A DNA stretch of 64,000 nt from the human T2T-CHM13v2.0 reference genome, Homo sapiens (GCF_009914755.1 NC_060948.1), one strand, 5' to 3'; shown: positions 24,157-40,817, counted from the stretch's first letter. A program made the numbers and translations. Notes: a model not told the origin generated them from the letters alone.

Positions 24157-24779
24157 TGAGACGTGAAGCCACCTGGACTTCCTGGGTCGAGTGGAGACCC
24201 GGAGAACTTTTGTCTAGCTAAAGAATTGTAAAGGCACCAATCAGCACTCTAAAATGGACCATTCAGCAGTCTGTAAAATGGACCAATCAGTGCTCTGTAA
24301 AATGGACCAATCAGTACTCTGTAAAATGGACCAATCAGCACTCTGTAAAATGGACCAATCAGCACTCTGTAAAATGGACCAATCAGCACTCTGTAAAATG
24401 CACCAGTCAGCAGGATGTGGGCGGGGCCAAATAAGGGAATAAAAGCTGGCCACCTGAGCCAGCTTGTGTCCCCTTCCACGTTGTGGAAACTTTGTTGTTT
24501 CACTCTTCACCATAAATCTTGCTGCTGCTCACTCTTTGGGTCTACACTACCTGTATGAGCTGTAAGACTCACTGCCAAGGTCCGCAGCTTCACTCCTGAA
24601 GTCAGCGAGTCTGCGAACCCACCAGAAGGAAAAAACTCCAGGCACATCTGAACATCTGAAGGAACAAACTCGGGACGCACCATCTTTAAAAGCCCTAACA
24701 CTCACCGTGAGGGTCTGCGGCTTCATTCTTGAAGTCAGCGAGACCAAGAACCCACAAGAAGGAATAAATTCTGGACACA
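24157..24779 (+). mobile_element. LTR12 (HERV9, LTR12F-like) solo LTR, antisense to DHRSX
   Basis: TGAGACGTGAAGCC start, ...ctggacaca end, 24-bp CCAAT repeats, GC box gtgggcgggg and aataaaag TATA region; flanks cttt/ctct. Confidence 0.92.
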
Positions 24780-25189
24780 CTCTCACAGAGAATGGTGGCA
24801 GGGGAGAGGCACCACCATGCCATTCCAGGCCTGTGGCCTGCTGAAATCCTCAGGGAGAAATGAGCAGACTGTTCAGGTGCAGTCCTTGCTTCTCACCTGC
24901 ACACACTTTCCAGCCAGACTCAGTGCTTCCCCCTCCTACGTGAATATCTAGCTTTCAAAAAAACTTCCAGGATACAGAGAATTTATTCCCTGAGCTTATG
25001 CCTGTAAAACATCAGGAGTATAAACCAACTGGGAGGGATCCAATATCAATCAGGGTCCAGTATCAATCAGTCACAAGACACATGTGTATTAAACATTCAA
25101 CACTCCTACAGTCCTCAAAGCCCATCTAACAAAACACTTCTGAGAAGTATGTCAGAATTCACCTCAGGAGTTATCCAGAAAAAAAGCCC

Positions 25190-25595
<406 letters not shown>

Positions 25596-25814
25596 CCAGA
25601 ATAGGTTGCTGTGGGTGGACGGGAAGCTTTGCATTTTGATGAACTATAAACATCTTTTTCACGATGCCATTTTCCTCATATTTTATTTGATGTGAAGAAT
25701 CTGGAGACACACAGCTCAATCCGTGCCTGAAGTGTCATAAATTCCCAGCTTAGGAGAGACGAGCTTATCATGAACACCTGGCTTATGCATGCATGGTTTT
25801 GAAAGGCAGCTTCA

Positions 25815-26260
25815 GGGGGCTGTAAAGCAGGCCTGCAAATTCTTTTGACACTCGTCTCCTTGGGAGCTAGAGTCTACGCCCCTTCCCTTGAATCTCGGCC
25901 ATGCTCATTAACTTTCTCGTTAATTCTTTTGTAGAATGCCACAGTGGTGTAAACACTGTGTGACTTCCAAAGTTGGGTCAATAAGGTCACGTGGCCCCTG
26001 CTTGGTTCTTGGGAATGCTGAGTCTGGGAGGAGCCAGCTTTGGTTTAAAAAGACTGAGCACCTTCAGCCTGACATGCTGGAGAGGCCCCAGGTACCTGTT
26101 CTTGTTGGCCCTCCCAGCTAAGCCCAGGTGACAGGCTGTACCAGCTTCTTGCCACCAGAGAAAGCTATCCTGGACATCCAACCTGGTCAAGCCTTCAGAT
26201 AAAGTCAGCCCCAGCTGCAGCCCCACAGGAGACCCCCCAGGCAGAACTGCCTACATTCCT
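25815..26260 (+). mobile_element. Old MLT1-type MaLR LTR remnant
   Basis: ccttcccttgaatctcggc...gtgtgacttccaa...aagccttcagat...gcagaactgcc resemble MLT1F/H LTRs. Confidence 0.6.
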
Positions 26261-26284
26261 GTGCCCCGAAAGAAAGTGAATTCA

Positions 26285-27208
26285 TACAAGCTGTATAGAA
26301 AACAGCACGGATGTTCCTCTCAAAGAACTAAAAGCAGATCATTTGTTCGATCCAGCAATCCCACTCCTGGGTATCTACCCAAAGGAAAAGAAGTCCTTAT
26401 ATCAAAAAGACACCTGCAGGCCAGGCATGGTGGCTCACGCCTGTCATCCCAGCACTTTGGGAGACCAAGGCGGGCAGATCACCTGAGGTCAGGAGTTCGA
26501 GAGCAGCCTGGGCAACATGGAGAAACCCCAGAATTGCTTGAACCCAGGAGGTGGAGGTTGCAGTGAGCCGAGATCGCACCACTGCACTCCAGCCTGGGTG
26601 ACAGAGCAAGACTCCATCTCAAAAATAAATAAATAAATAAAATAAAATAATCAAACAAAACAATACAAAACAAAATACCTGCACCTGTCTGTTTCTTGCA
26701 GCACAACTCACAATTGCAAACATACGGAATCAACCTAAGTACCCCTCCGTGGAGTACTGGATAAAGAAAATGGAATGGAATACTACTAAGCCATTAAAAA
26801 GAGTGGAATCGTGTCATTGGCAGTAACTTGGATAGAACTGGAGGTTATTATTCTACGTGGAGTCACTCAAGAACAGAAAAGCAAATACACGTTCTCACTT
26901 GTAAGTGGGCACTAAGCTCTGGGTATGCTTCTGGCATTGAAGGGGCATACGGAATAGAGGAATACACATTAGAGACTGAGGGTGGGGCTGTGAGTGAACC
27001 TGTCACCCAGGAAATGGCCACTGTACCCAACAGGTGGTTTTTCATCCCCTGCCTCCCTCCCCCTACCTTCTAGCAGTCAAGAGTTTCTGCTCTTCCCATC
27101 TTTGTGTCCATGAGTACCCGCTGTGTACCTTCCAGGTGTAAGTCAGAACATGCAGTATTTGGTTTTCTGTTTCTGTGCTGGTTCTCTTAGGATAATGGCT
27201 TGCAGCTC
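26285..27208. mobile_element. L1 3' fragments: plus 26285-26975 (with deleted Alu 26419-26675) joined to minus 26990-27208
   Basis: gatccagcaatcccactcctgggtatctaccc and cacgttctcacttgtaagtggg on plus; agaacatgcagtatttggttttctg on minus. Confidence 0.8.
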
Positions 27209-27459
27209 TGAGCAAATTCTTGGTGACAACAGCATCGTTGGGGAAGGTATCTTTTGCAAGAGCAGAGGGGACAGTGCTTCTGTGCAGGCAGGTGGTGACC
27301 TGTGCTCCAGATGAATCCGAGCCGTGCTAGGGACTCGCCTGGCGGGGAAGCTGCGTGCGAATTCCTGCGCCGTGGTGAATGCAGCAGCCACGCGCAGGGG
27401 CCCTGGATGCTGATAATTCATCGTTAGTGAGCTACTGCGAGTAATTACGTTTATTCCTA

Positions 27460-29570
<2,111 letters not shown>

Positions 29571-29790
29571 GTTTCTTAAAATTTCAATAATTTTTGGGAA
29601 ACCAGTGGTTTTGGGCTACATGGATACATTCTTTTGTGGTGACTTCTGAGATTTTGTTGCACAAGTTTTAATCATCAGCAAATATACTGATGTTTCATTG
29701 CGAATTTTGTAAGGAATAAGAAAACCCTGTGGCCACGTCAGTGTATCGGGTGCCGTCCACGTTAGGAGCATTCACAGAATCTGTCTCTTC

Positions 29791-29988
29791 GCCAATTCAA
29801 AGGTGGAGAATACACAATAGAACTATCGTTCATTGATCTGCGAATCGAAAGGTGGAAAATACAGAATAAAACTATCGTCCATCGATCTGCCAATTCAAAG
29901 GTGGAAAATAAACAGTAAAATTATCGTCCATTGATCTGCCAATTCAAAGGTGGAAAATACGCAATACAATTATCGTTCATTGGTCTGT
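29791..29988. repeat. 49-bp tandem repeat x4
   Basis: gccaattcaaaggtggaaaatac..aata.aa.tatcgt.cattgatct at 29791, 29840, 29889, 29938. Confidence 0.92.
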
Positions 29989-30139
29989 GCACCTAATGGC
30001 ATTTTACTGGGGAGTGAACGCTCAGGGTCACAATCACATATTGTGCCTGAAGCAGTGAACACAGGTGAGGTGTATCCTGAACGGGAGGAGAAGGGAGAGT
30101 TCTCCGCTCTCCAAGCGGAGGAGTGATGGGGATGAAAGG

Positions 30140-32435
30140 GCAATCAGAGAGAGAGAGAGGAGAGAGAGAGGGAGGGCAAAGAAGGAAGAGAGAAGGAGAG
30201 GGAGGAAATAGGGAGAAAGAGAGACAAAGAGAGATGGAGAGGGAACAGGGAGAGAGAGGGAGGGCAAACGAGAGGGAGAGAGGAGGAGAGGGAGGAAATA
30301 GGGGGAAAGAGAGAAAGAGAGATGGAGAGGGAACAGGGAGAGAGAGGGAGGGCAAACGAGAGGGAGAGAGGAGGAGAGGGAGGAAATAGGGGGAAAGAGA
30401 GAAAGAGAGATGGAGAGGGAACAGGGAGAGAGAGGGAGGGCAAACGAGAGAGGGAGAGAGAAGGAAGAGGAGGAAATGGGGGAAAGAGAGAAAGAGAGAT
30501 GGAGAGGGAACAGGGAGAGAGAGGGAGGGCAAACGAGAGAGGGAGAGAGAAGGAAGAGGAGGAAATGGGGGAAAGAGAGAGAAAGAGAGATGGAGAGGGA
30601 ACAGGGAGAGAGAGGGAGGGCAAACGAGAGGGAGAGAGAAGGAAGAGGAGGAAATGGGGGAAAGAGAGAGAAAGAGAGATGGAGAGGGAACAGGGAGAGA
30701 GAGGGAGGGCAAACGAGAGGGAGAGAGAAGGAGGGGAGGAAATAGGGGAAAGAGAGAGAAAGAGAGATGGAGAGGGAACAGGGAGAGAGAGGGAGGGCAA
30801 ACGAGAGAGGGAGAGAGAAGGAGAGGGAGGAAATAGGGGGAAAGAGAGAAAGAGAGATGGAGAGGGAACAGGGAGAGAGAGGGAGGGCAAACGAGAGAGG
30901 GAGAGAGAAGGAAGAGGAGGAAATGGGGGAAAGAGAGAGAAAGAGAGATGGAGAGGGAACAGGGAGAGAGAGGGAGGGCAAACGAGAGAGGGAGAGAGAA
31001 GGAAGAGGAGGAAATGGGGGAAAGAGAGAGAAAGAGAGATGGAGAGGGAACAGGGAGAGAGAGGGAGGGCAAACGAGAGGGAGAGAGAAGGAAGAGGAGG
31101 AAATGGGGGAAAGAGAGAGAAAGAGAGATGGAGAGGGAACAGGGAGAGAGAGGGAGGGCAAACGAGAGGGAGAGAGAAGGAGGGGAGGAAATAGGGGAAA
31201 GAGAGAGAAAGAGAGATGGAGAGGGAACAGGGAGAGAGAGGGAGGGCAAACGAGAGAGGGAGAGAGAAGGAGAGGGAGGAAATAGGGGGAAAGAGAGAAA
31301 GAGAGATGGAGAGGGAACAGGGAGAGAGAGGGAGGGCAAACGAGAGAGGGAGAGAGAAGGAAGAGGAGGAAATGGGGGAAAGAGAGAGAAAGAGAGATGG
31401 AGAGGGAACAGGGAGAGAGAGGGAGGGCAAACGAGAGGGAGAGAGAAGGAGGGGAGGAAATAGGGGGAAAGAGAGAAAGAGAGATGGAGAGGGAACAGGG
31501 AGAGAGAGGGAGGGCAAACGAGAGAGGGAGAGAGAAGGAAGAGGAGGAAATGGGGGAAAGAGAGAGAAAGAGAGATGGAGAGGGAACAGGGAGAGAGAGG
31601 GAGGGCAAACGAGAGGGAGAGAGAAGGAGGGGAGGAAATAGGGGGAAAGAGAGAAAGAGAGATGGAGAGGGAACAGGGAGAGAGAGGGAGGGCAAACGAG
31701 AGAGGGAGAGAGAAGGAGAGGGAGGAAATAAGGGGAGAGAGAGAAAGAGACAGAGAGAAAGAGAGAAAGGGGGAGAGAAGGAAGGCAAAGGAGAGAGGAG
31801 GAGAGATGGGGGAAGGAGGAAAGAGAGAGAAGTGGGACACAGAGGAAGACAAAGGAGATAGAGAGACAAGGGGAGAGACAGGAAGAGAAAGGAGATAGGG
31901 AGAAGAGGGAGGGTGTGCGAGAGGGAAACAGAAAGGGAGAGAGAGAAGAAAGAGGGGAGAGAGAAGAAAGAGGGGAGGGAGAGAAGAAGGGAAAGGGAGG
32001 GAGAGAGGGAGAGAGAGAATGGGAGAAAAGGAGAGAGAGAAGAGGGGAGAAAGAGGGAGAGAGGGAAGGAAGGAGAGAGGGAGGGAGGGAGAGGGAGAAT
32101 GGGAGAGAGAGAAGAGGGGAGAAAGCGAGGGAGGGAGGGGGAGAGAGAGAAGAAAGAGAGAAGAGAGAAAGAGAGGGAGAGAGAGGGAGAAAGGGAGAGA
32201 GAGAAGGGAGAAGGGGAGAGAGAGGGGGAGAGAGGGAGGGAGGAGGGAGAAGGGAGGTCGAGAGCAAAATAGTAGAAGCGGGGATGGGGTAGACTGAGGA
32301 GAGAGAGAGACAGAGAGAAAAAGCAAAAGAGAGGAAAAGTGAGACAGTGAAGAGGTGGAAAGAGAGAATGACAGAGAGACGGGGAGAAGGAGGAGAGAGA
32401 GACAGAGAGTTACAGAAAGAGAGAGAGAGAGGAGA
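30140..32435. repeat. 2.3-kb polypurine tract containing an 87-91 bp VNTR (about 17 units, 30170-31740)
   Basis: gatggagagggaacagggagagagagggagggcaaa recurs 17 times between 30232 and 31661. Confidence 0.95.
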
Positions 32436-33069
32436 AAAGCATTTGAGTAACTGAAAAACCACTGCTTCTCAACCCACTTCCTAGAATCTCGGGAGGGCGG
32501 TGGGAAGGATGGAGCCAGTCCAGGGAGGCTATGGGACGGACGCCCTGAACATCTAGCCTTCTCTGGCAGGGAACAGCCTGCCGCAGAGTCACAACAGACC
32601 ACATCCCATGCTGCTGCCAACACCAACACTAAAAGAACATCCAAATGCCTCCTGTTCAGAGAAGGCGCCATCGGGAGAGGCAGAGGAAACCAGTACGGAA
32701 CAGAAAGCTACTCTATCCACAGGAGAGCAGCTCTGGAAGAGAAGCAAACAGAAGGCACGCAGAATAAATGGTCTACACCTGTGCAGACTCAAGGATCCGC
32801 TGACGAATGCATGCGCCGCGATGCAACACTTTCCGTCTTCCCGGGAGGGAGACCAGATGACTGTGGAGCCCGAGTCACATAGAAAATGCCAGGCGCCCAC
32901 AAAGACAGGAGATGGCTGCTCAGGTGTCCGTCCACCAAAAAGTGGGTCCTCAGTAAGGACCGGCTCCACTGCACCTCAGTCTTCTGTTGATGCAGAACTG
33001 CACACCTGGGCTTCCCCGAATGAATCTTCCTTAACTCTCATGGGTCTTGTAGGTGCCCTGTGCCCATTT

Positions 33070-33760
33070 GCTCATTTGAATGAACTCATTAGAATTCATT
33101 CATTCATTTGATTCCATTCATTCATTTGCATCATTTGAATTCATTCCTTCTTTTGAATTCACTTGTTCCTTTGAATTCATTCATTCACTTGAATTTATTC
33201 ATTTAAATTCACTCATTTGAATTCATTCATTCATTCCTTTGAATTTGTTCATTCCTTTGAATTCACTCATTCCTTTGAATTCACTCATTCCTTTGAATTC
33301 ACTCATTCCTTTGAATTCATTCATTCATTCCTCTGAATTTATTCATTCCTTTGAATTCATTCGTTCCTTTGACTTCATTTGTTCATTCATTTGAATTCAT
33401 TCCTTCATTTGAATTTATTCATTCCCTTGAATTCATTCAGATTCACTCATTTGAATTCATTCATTCATTCCTTTGAATTCATTCCTTTGAATTCATACAT
33501 TCCTTTCAATTCCTTTAGTCCTTTGAATTCATTCGTTCCTTTGAATTCATTTGTTCATTCATTAGAATTCATTCATTCCTTAGAATTAATTCATTTGAAT
33601 TCATTTGTTCATTCCTTTGAATTCATTTGCATTCATTCATTCCTCTGAATTCATTCATTCATTTGAATTCTTTCATTCATTCAAATTCACTCATTTGAAT
33701 TCATTCAAGTGAATGAATGAATTTGAATGAATGAATGAATGAATGAATGGGTGAATGAAG
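33070..33760. repeat. (CATT)n / TTGAATTCA compound microsatellite that flips to (GAAT)n at about 33710
   Basis: Direct reading. Confidence 0.92.
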
Positions 33761-34372
33761 AACTGTACCAAAAAACACGAGTCTTTAGGTCTCTGGCCAG
33801 GGAAGAATCATTGTTATTTTTCAGGGTCACCCTGTATCGTGGACGTATTTCTTTGGTGGTAGGAAAAATAATGCTTAGTAATTCATTATCTCAGAAAGAA
33901 ATTCATCCATTAGAGTTATGGGAAGATGGCTGACAAGGATAAATCTATAAATCCTCTGCATTATTAAAAATCTATCAATTTTCAGACATGGGGATGGGAA
34001 GCTAGATAAATACAATTTTGAAGTGAATAAACCATAAATACCGGCTCTGCAGGAGGTCTATTATTGATTTATTCTTGTGCTTGATAAATCATCGCGTTGC
34101 CTCTGAGCTTCCCACAGCAGCCAGACAGAGGCAGTCAGGTTCTATTTTCAACCCACTAGCAAATGAAAAAGATATTCTATGTCTGAAGTATTTAATGTTT
34201 GCAAAACCTTGATTGCTCTAAGAATAAAAAAAGAAAAGCACGAAGTGTAGCTCCTTCTTGCCTTGGAAGTCACCCTGGCTGAGCTCAGCTGGGGCTGTTT
34301 TCCATGAGACTTGAGGCACGTGGTTGACTAGCAGGAGTTTTGGAGGGAAGGTTCTGGGGAAATAGTTTAGGG

Positions 34373-34962
34373 CAGCAGTCTCCAACCTTTTTGGCACCAG
34401 GGACCACTTTTGTGAAAGACAATTTTCTGAAGACAGAAGGTGGAGGTGGAATGTGGGGATGGTTTTGGGATGATTCCGGGGCATGACATTTATTGTACAC
34501 TTTATTTGTATTATTATTACATTGTACTATATAATGAAATAATTCTACAAGTCGCCATCATATAGAATCAGTGGGAGCCCTGAGCTTGTTTTCCTGTGAC
34601 TAGACAGTCCCATCTGGGGGTGATGGGAGACAGTGACAGATCATCAGGAATTAGATTCCATAAGGAGCACACAACCTAGATCCTTCCCATGCACAGATCA
34701 TCAGGCTTTAGCTTTTCATAAGGAGTGCACAACCTAAGTCCCTCACATGCACAGTTCACAGTAGGGTTTGTGCTCCTATAAGAATCTAATGCTGCTGCTG
34801 ATCTGACAGGAGGCAGAGCTCAGGCAGTCATGTGAACAATGGGGAGTGGCTGTAAATACAGATGAAGCTTTGCTTGTTCACTTGCCACTCACCTTCTGCT
34901 GTGCGGCCGGTGTCCTAACAGGCCATGGACTGGTACTATGACCTGGGGGTTGGACAGCCCTG
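34373..34962 (+). mobile_element. MER1A hAT-Charlie DNA transposon (MITE), full length, with a ~57-bp internal duplication
   Basis: CAG...CTG terminal inverted repeats; perfect 8-bp TSD GTTTAGGG at 34365-34372 and 34963-34970. Confidence 0.92.
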
Positions 34963-35094
34963 GTTTAGGGGTCTGCAGACCCCCTACTAGCCTCTTAGAC
35001 ACTAAAAGTACCACCACTGGAGTCCTTCCCTGAGGCTGCCTATAAATAGAAACTCTATTTACATAAGTTGACACCAGCAATATCCCAAACATAC

Positions 35095-35735
35095 AATCCA
35101 GCAATCTCATTTGCACACAACGAAGAAGAATTCTGATGCACAAACCAACGAGAAAAATCCTTGATTTCTTCTCTAAGTCAAGGTACATCTGGCCCAAGCT
35201 TCAGCACACCAGCTGGTGATGAACCCATTCTCAGCGTTGACTGTATAGAATCCAGCCTTCTCATTTGCACACAACGAAGATGAATTCTGATGCATAAACC
35301 AAGGCATGCAACAAATGAGAAAAATCCTTTACTTCTTCTCTAAATCAACGTACATCTGGCTCAAGCCTCCAGCACAAGAGCTGGTGATGAATCCATTCTC
35401 AACGCTGACTGTGTAGAATCCAGCCTTCTCATTTGCACACCACGAAGATGAATTCTGATGCACAAACTAAGGCATGCAATAAATGAGAAAAATACTTTGC
35501 TTCTTCCCTAAATCCAGGTACATCAGACCCAGGCCTCCAGCACACGGGCTTGTGCTGAATCCATTCTCAGTGCTGACTGTATAGAATCCAGCCTCGTCAT
35601 TTGCACACCATGAAGATGAATTCTGATGCACAAACCAAGGCAAAAAATGCTTTACTTCCTCTCTAAATCAAGGTTCATCTGGCCCAAGCCTCCAGCACAC
35701 AGGCTGGTGATGAATCCATTCTCAGCATAGACTGT
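35095..35735. repeat. ~150-168 bp tandem repeat x4
   Basis: aatccagc...tcatttgcacac...gaattctgatgca at 35095, 35249, 35417, 35585. Confidence 0.92.
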
Positions 35736-36519
35736 GCCATCTGGGCTACTTCTGGCTTGAGGAGCACTTATCCCTGCAGCTTTCCATCCACCCTGGGTAC
35801 CTCGGGAGGCCCCTTTCCAAGCCCATGGGCTTCACGAAGCTCCATGGTTCTGTTGCATTTCCAAGAGAACCAAGAGGATTTGTCAACAAGAGACTGCCTC
35901 TCTGCATTTCTGTCTTCTTGTGAAGAGTGGGCAATGGGTATTCAACACAGCCTCCAAAAGCGAAGTCTCCAGCTCTTTTCTAGAAGCTTCTGTCTGTACC
36001 CACAGAGGAAAAAAAAAAAAAATCCAGATCCTCTGCAACTGAGCTCTTCTCAACAGTGACCCCAGGGACAAGATGAACCTTAGTCAGCCACAAAAACCTA
36101 TAGGGAGTCCAGGAAAGCCACAGCCTGAGCAACCTCTTGAAAGATGTAGAACAAAAAGATAAAAGGAAGAAAGTGCAAAGTGTTATTTCAAGCCATCATC
36201 TTGTAACAAATGGATTCTCATTATCACCTCCTGGAAATGGTGTTCTGAGCAGCACAGGCTGGGGAATTCCAGGGAGGCGTGTGACTTGGGGTGCAATCTT
36301 CTCTGTACTTTACAAGACTGTGTTGTCACATTGCAAGAGGTGTGTTTTCTAAGGCAGAACATTTCACAGAATGATTATTGGTCCAATGTTTGTTTCCGTT
36401 GCTAAAGTATGATTTCTATGAGGTCAAGAATCTTGCTTATTATTTTATTTTTCCTGCAAGCGAAGTATGTGAAGGGCAGAGTAGGTAGGTATGGCAGGTT
36501 AAATAATGCACAACTCAAG

Positions 36520-37260
36520 ATGTCCAGGTCCACATTATTCATGTGGGAGACAGAATCATGACCCCAAAAATGCCCACACTGTAATCCCCATGTGGGAGAC
36601 ACAATAATGGCCCCAAAGATGTCCACATCCTAATCCTCAGGTGGAAGACAGAATAATGGCCCCAAAAATGTCCACATCCTAATCCTCATGTGGAAGACAG
36701 AATAATGACCCAAAGATGTCCACATCCCAATCCTCATGTGGAAGACAAAATAATGGCCCTGAAGATGTCCACATCCTAATCCCCATGTGGTAGACAGAAT
36801 AATGGCCCCAAAGATGTCCACATCCCAATCCCCATGTGGTACACAGAATAATGGCCCCGAAGATGTCCATATCCGAATCCCCATGTGGGAGACAGAATAA
36901 TGGCCCCGAAGATGTCCATATCCAAATCCCCATGTGGAAGACAGAATAATGGCCCCAAAGATGTCCACATCCTAATCCCCATGTGGAAGCCGAACAATGG
37001 CCCCAAAGATGTCCATATGTTAATTCCCATGTGGTAGATAGAATAATAGCCCCAAAGATGTTCACATTCTAATCCTCATGTGGGAAACAGAATAATGGCC
37101 CCAAAGATGTCCACATCCTAATCCTCATGTGGAAGACTGAATAATGGCTCTAAAGATGTCCACAGACTAATTCTCATGTGGTCGACACAATAATGACCCC
37201 AGAGATGCCCACAACCTATTCCCAATTTGGAAGAGTAATAACTCAAAAGATGAAAAAATG
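36520..37260 (+). repeat. 49-bp minisatellite (about 14-15 units) derived from the 5' end of an MLT1(D-like) LTR
   Basis: atgtggaagacagaataatggccccaaagatgtccacatcctaatcccc; rest of the LTR continues at 37260-37430. Confidence 0.9.
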
Positions 37261-37545
37261 TCCATGTCCTCATCTCTGGAACACATGAAAATGTGACTTT
37301 CACGGCAAAAGGGCCTTTGTAGATGTGAATTAGTGGAAGATCTTGAGATGAGGTGATTATCTGAGATGATCCTGGTGGGCCCCAAATAATCACAATGGTT
37401 CTTCTACAAGGCAGGCAGAAGAACAAAAGTAAGTGAAGGAGATAAAAAAAAGAGAAGGCAAGATGAGAGAGAGAAAGAGAGAGAAGGGAAGAGAGGGAGA
37501 GAGAGAGAACAAGAAAGAGAGATTCAAAGGTGTCTCATTGCTGGC

Positions 37546-38733
<1,188 letters not shown>

Positions 38734-40217
38734 TGAGATTCCTAATTTTTTCTGCTTACTGGTGGATGCAAGCCCATACCAAATGGATGGAAGTAGTCGC
38801 ACAAAAGTCCTAAGAGGATGGACAGTTCTGTTTTGTGTGTCTCTGTGCAAGGGCACCATGTCATGTATGTATTTCCATCTCCAACTGCTCTGTGATAAAG
38901 TGCTCCCATTACTAATGAGTAAGGGTGTTACACAGAACGAGGAAATGAGACGTCGGGTCGTGTAGGATCTCCACAGTGCCTCTAAGTGGTCTCCACATTT
39001 GGTGACTTATAATGCTATAATTCTAATCACTTCTAATACTGATAGGTCTTCAGCAAAGGAAGTCCACACCCAGTGCTGAGACAGAAGATTCCAAATGGCT
39101 GCTGACTGGGAAATCATTTATGCCTGCGTAGAAACTTCAGATCCCACCAGGATGGCAAATCTGAAAAGTGTTATTGATCTCCAAAGAAGACACACAAAGT
39201 TAAAATTATTCCGGACCTTCCAACAGGAGCCACTAGCACTGATAATACGATGTTTCTTACCAGGCTAAGTACATGGAAATGGTGTTGTCTGTAGCTATTT
39301 GAGTGGCACTCACACATCATAGCTATGTCTGCACGTATTTTTATGCATAAATACATATACATCATACATCAAATACATATACAAATACATATGCACTCAC
39401 ACATAGCTATGTCTGTACAAATTTTTATGCATAAATTGGCATCACACTCTATGTATAGTTTTATATCCCATGCTTCTCCTTTAAACTCTAGCATAATAAT
39501 TTCCAATTAAACAAGTGGGTTGAGGGGGAACCGTGGGTATCTCATCCACTTTCCTATCCTCCAATCCCATTAATGTTATACAAAAACACGAAACACATCA
39601 AGACAAAAAGAAAAAAAAATTAGATAGAAGCTACCACATCTTGGCAGCTGGAAACAGACAGGTATTACAACTTTAGTACAAAGAATAATGCTTTCTCCCT
39701 CCTTACAGACATGTCCATATCCTAATCTCCAGAATTTATGAAAATGGTACGTTAGGTAGCACAAGGGGTTTTGCAGAATTAAGAATCTTTAATGGTCTAG
39801 GTGGGTAATGGAGTAATTACATTGGGTAATCACAAGATCCTTTTGCTGATTTTTTTGTCTGCAATCTGAAGTGTCAATAACTTGATAAATATTTCATGTA
39901 TTTGGAAGGAATGTGCTGTCTTTATGGGCTCACTGTTTGACGTACGTCTGTTCTATCCACTGTATTAATGTCACTATTTATTTCCTCTCTGAATTTGCAT
40001 TTGGTCTCCATCTGTGAAAGTGATGCGTTAAATTCTACTAGCACACATGTTTGTTGGTGTATTTCTGAGACCTTTAGTTCTATGTATTTACTTAGTTTGG
40101 AGATGTCAATAACTGTACCTCCTCAGTGTGGAGGGTTCAGGTTAACTTTTATAAAAAATAAAATGGACTGCAGCAGGGGATGAGAGTAATGGGCATCAGT
40201 GTTACGAGGAGAAACAT

Positions 40218-40335
40218 TAAGTGTTGCAATGATCTTAAGCGCTCAGCGTGGCCCAAAGAAGGGCTCAAGGTCAACAGTAAGCGTTGCAATGACCTTAAGC
40301 ACTCAGCGAGGCTCAAAGAAGGGCTCAAGGTCAAG
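40218..40335. repeat. 60-bp tandem duplication
   Basis: taagtgttgcaatgatcttaagcgctcagcg...gggctcaaggtcaa twice. Confidence 0.9.
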
Positions 40336-40817
40336 GGTAGTTTGTGTTGAAGATTGGCAGATGAGCAGATTGAAGGTGGGGAAGGGGAGATATTGACTCC
40401 ACCTATCTGGGTAAGAATGTTGAACAGGGGGTAAAATCAAGAGATAAATGGTAATGAGCTTCTAGTGCCCAAATAATGACTCTCAGGGGAATGTGGTGAT
40501 GGTTTTGTAAGATAACATTTGGGAAAACACCAACCCTTAGCATGTGCCTCATACCCTTTAGTCCAAGTGGACAAGTCAACGTGTCAACTCCATACAACAT
40601 GTCATCGCGTTTACCATTATTTCAAAGTAACATGCTAACAAGAATGATGCTCTTCCAAAGCTATCCGTGAAATGAAGCACTGACTAGAAATAGCAGGTAT
40701 GTTCAATAATTCCCATGGATATCCTGTTTTGCTGAGACACTTCTCCCGCATGAAAGCTAGAGTTCCTGTTTGCATTCAAATTAACCCCTGGCTTGCTGCA
40801 ATTTCACCAGGACTCAC

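Noticed and set aside
29993-32671. 892-, 772- and 611-aa Leu/Ser/Pro/Phe ORFs and Arg/Glu/Gly ORFs
   Set aside because: Consequence of a polypyrimidine/polypurine repeat that cannot form stop codons.
35095-35735. Alpha satellite (~171 bp)
   Set aside because: Similar size only; no CENP-B box or recognisable alphoid sequence, only four units.
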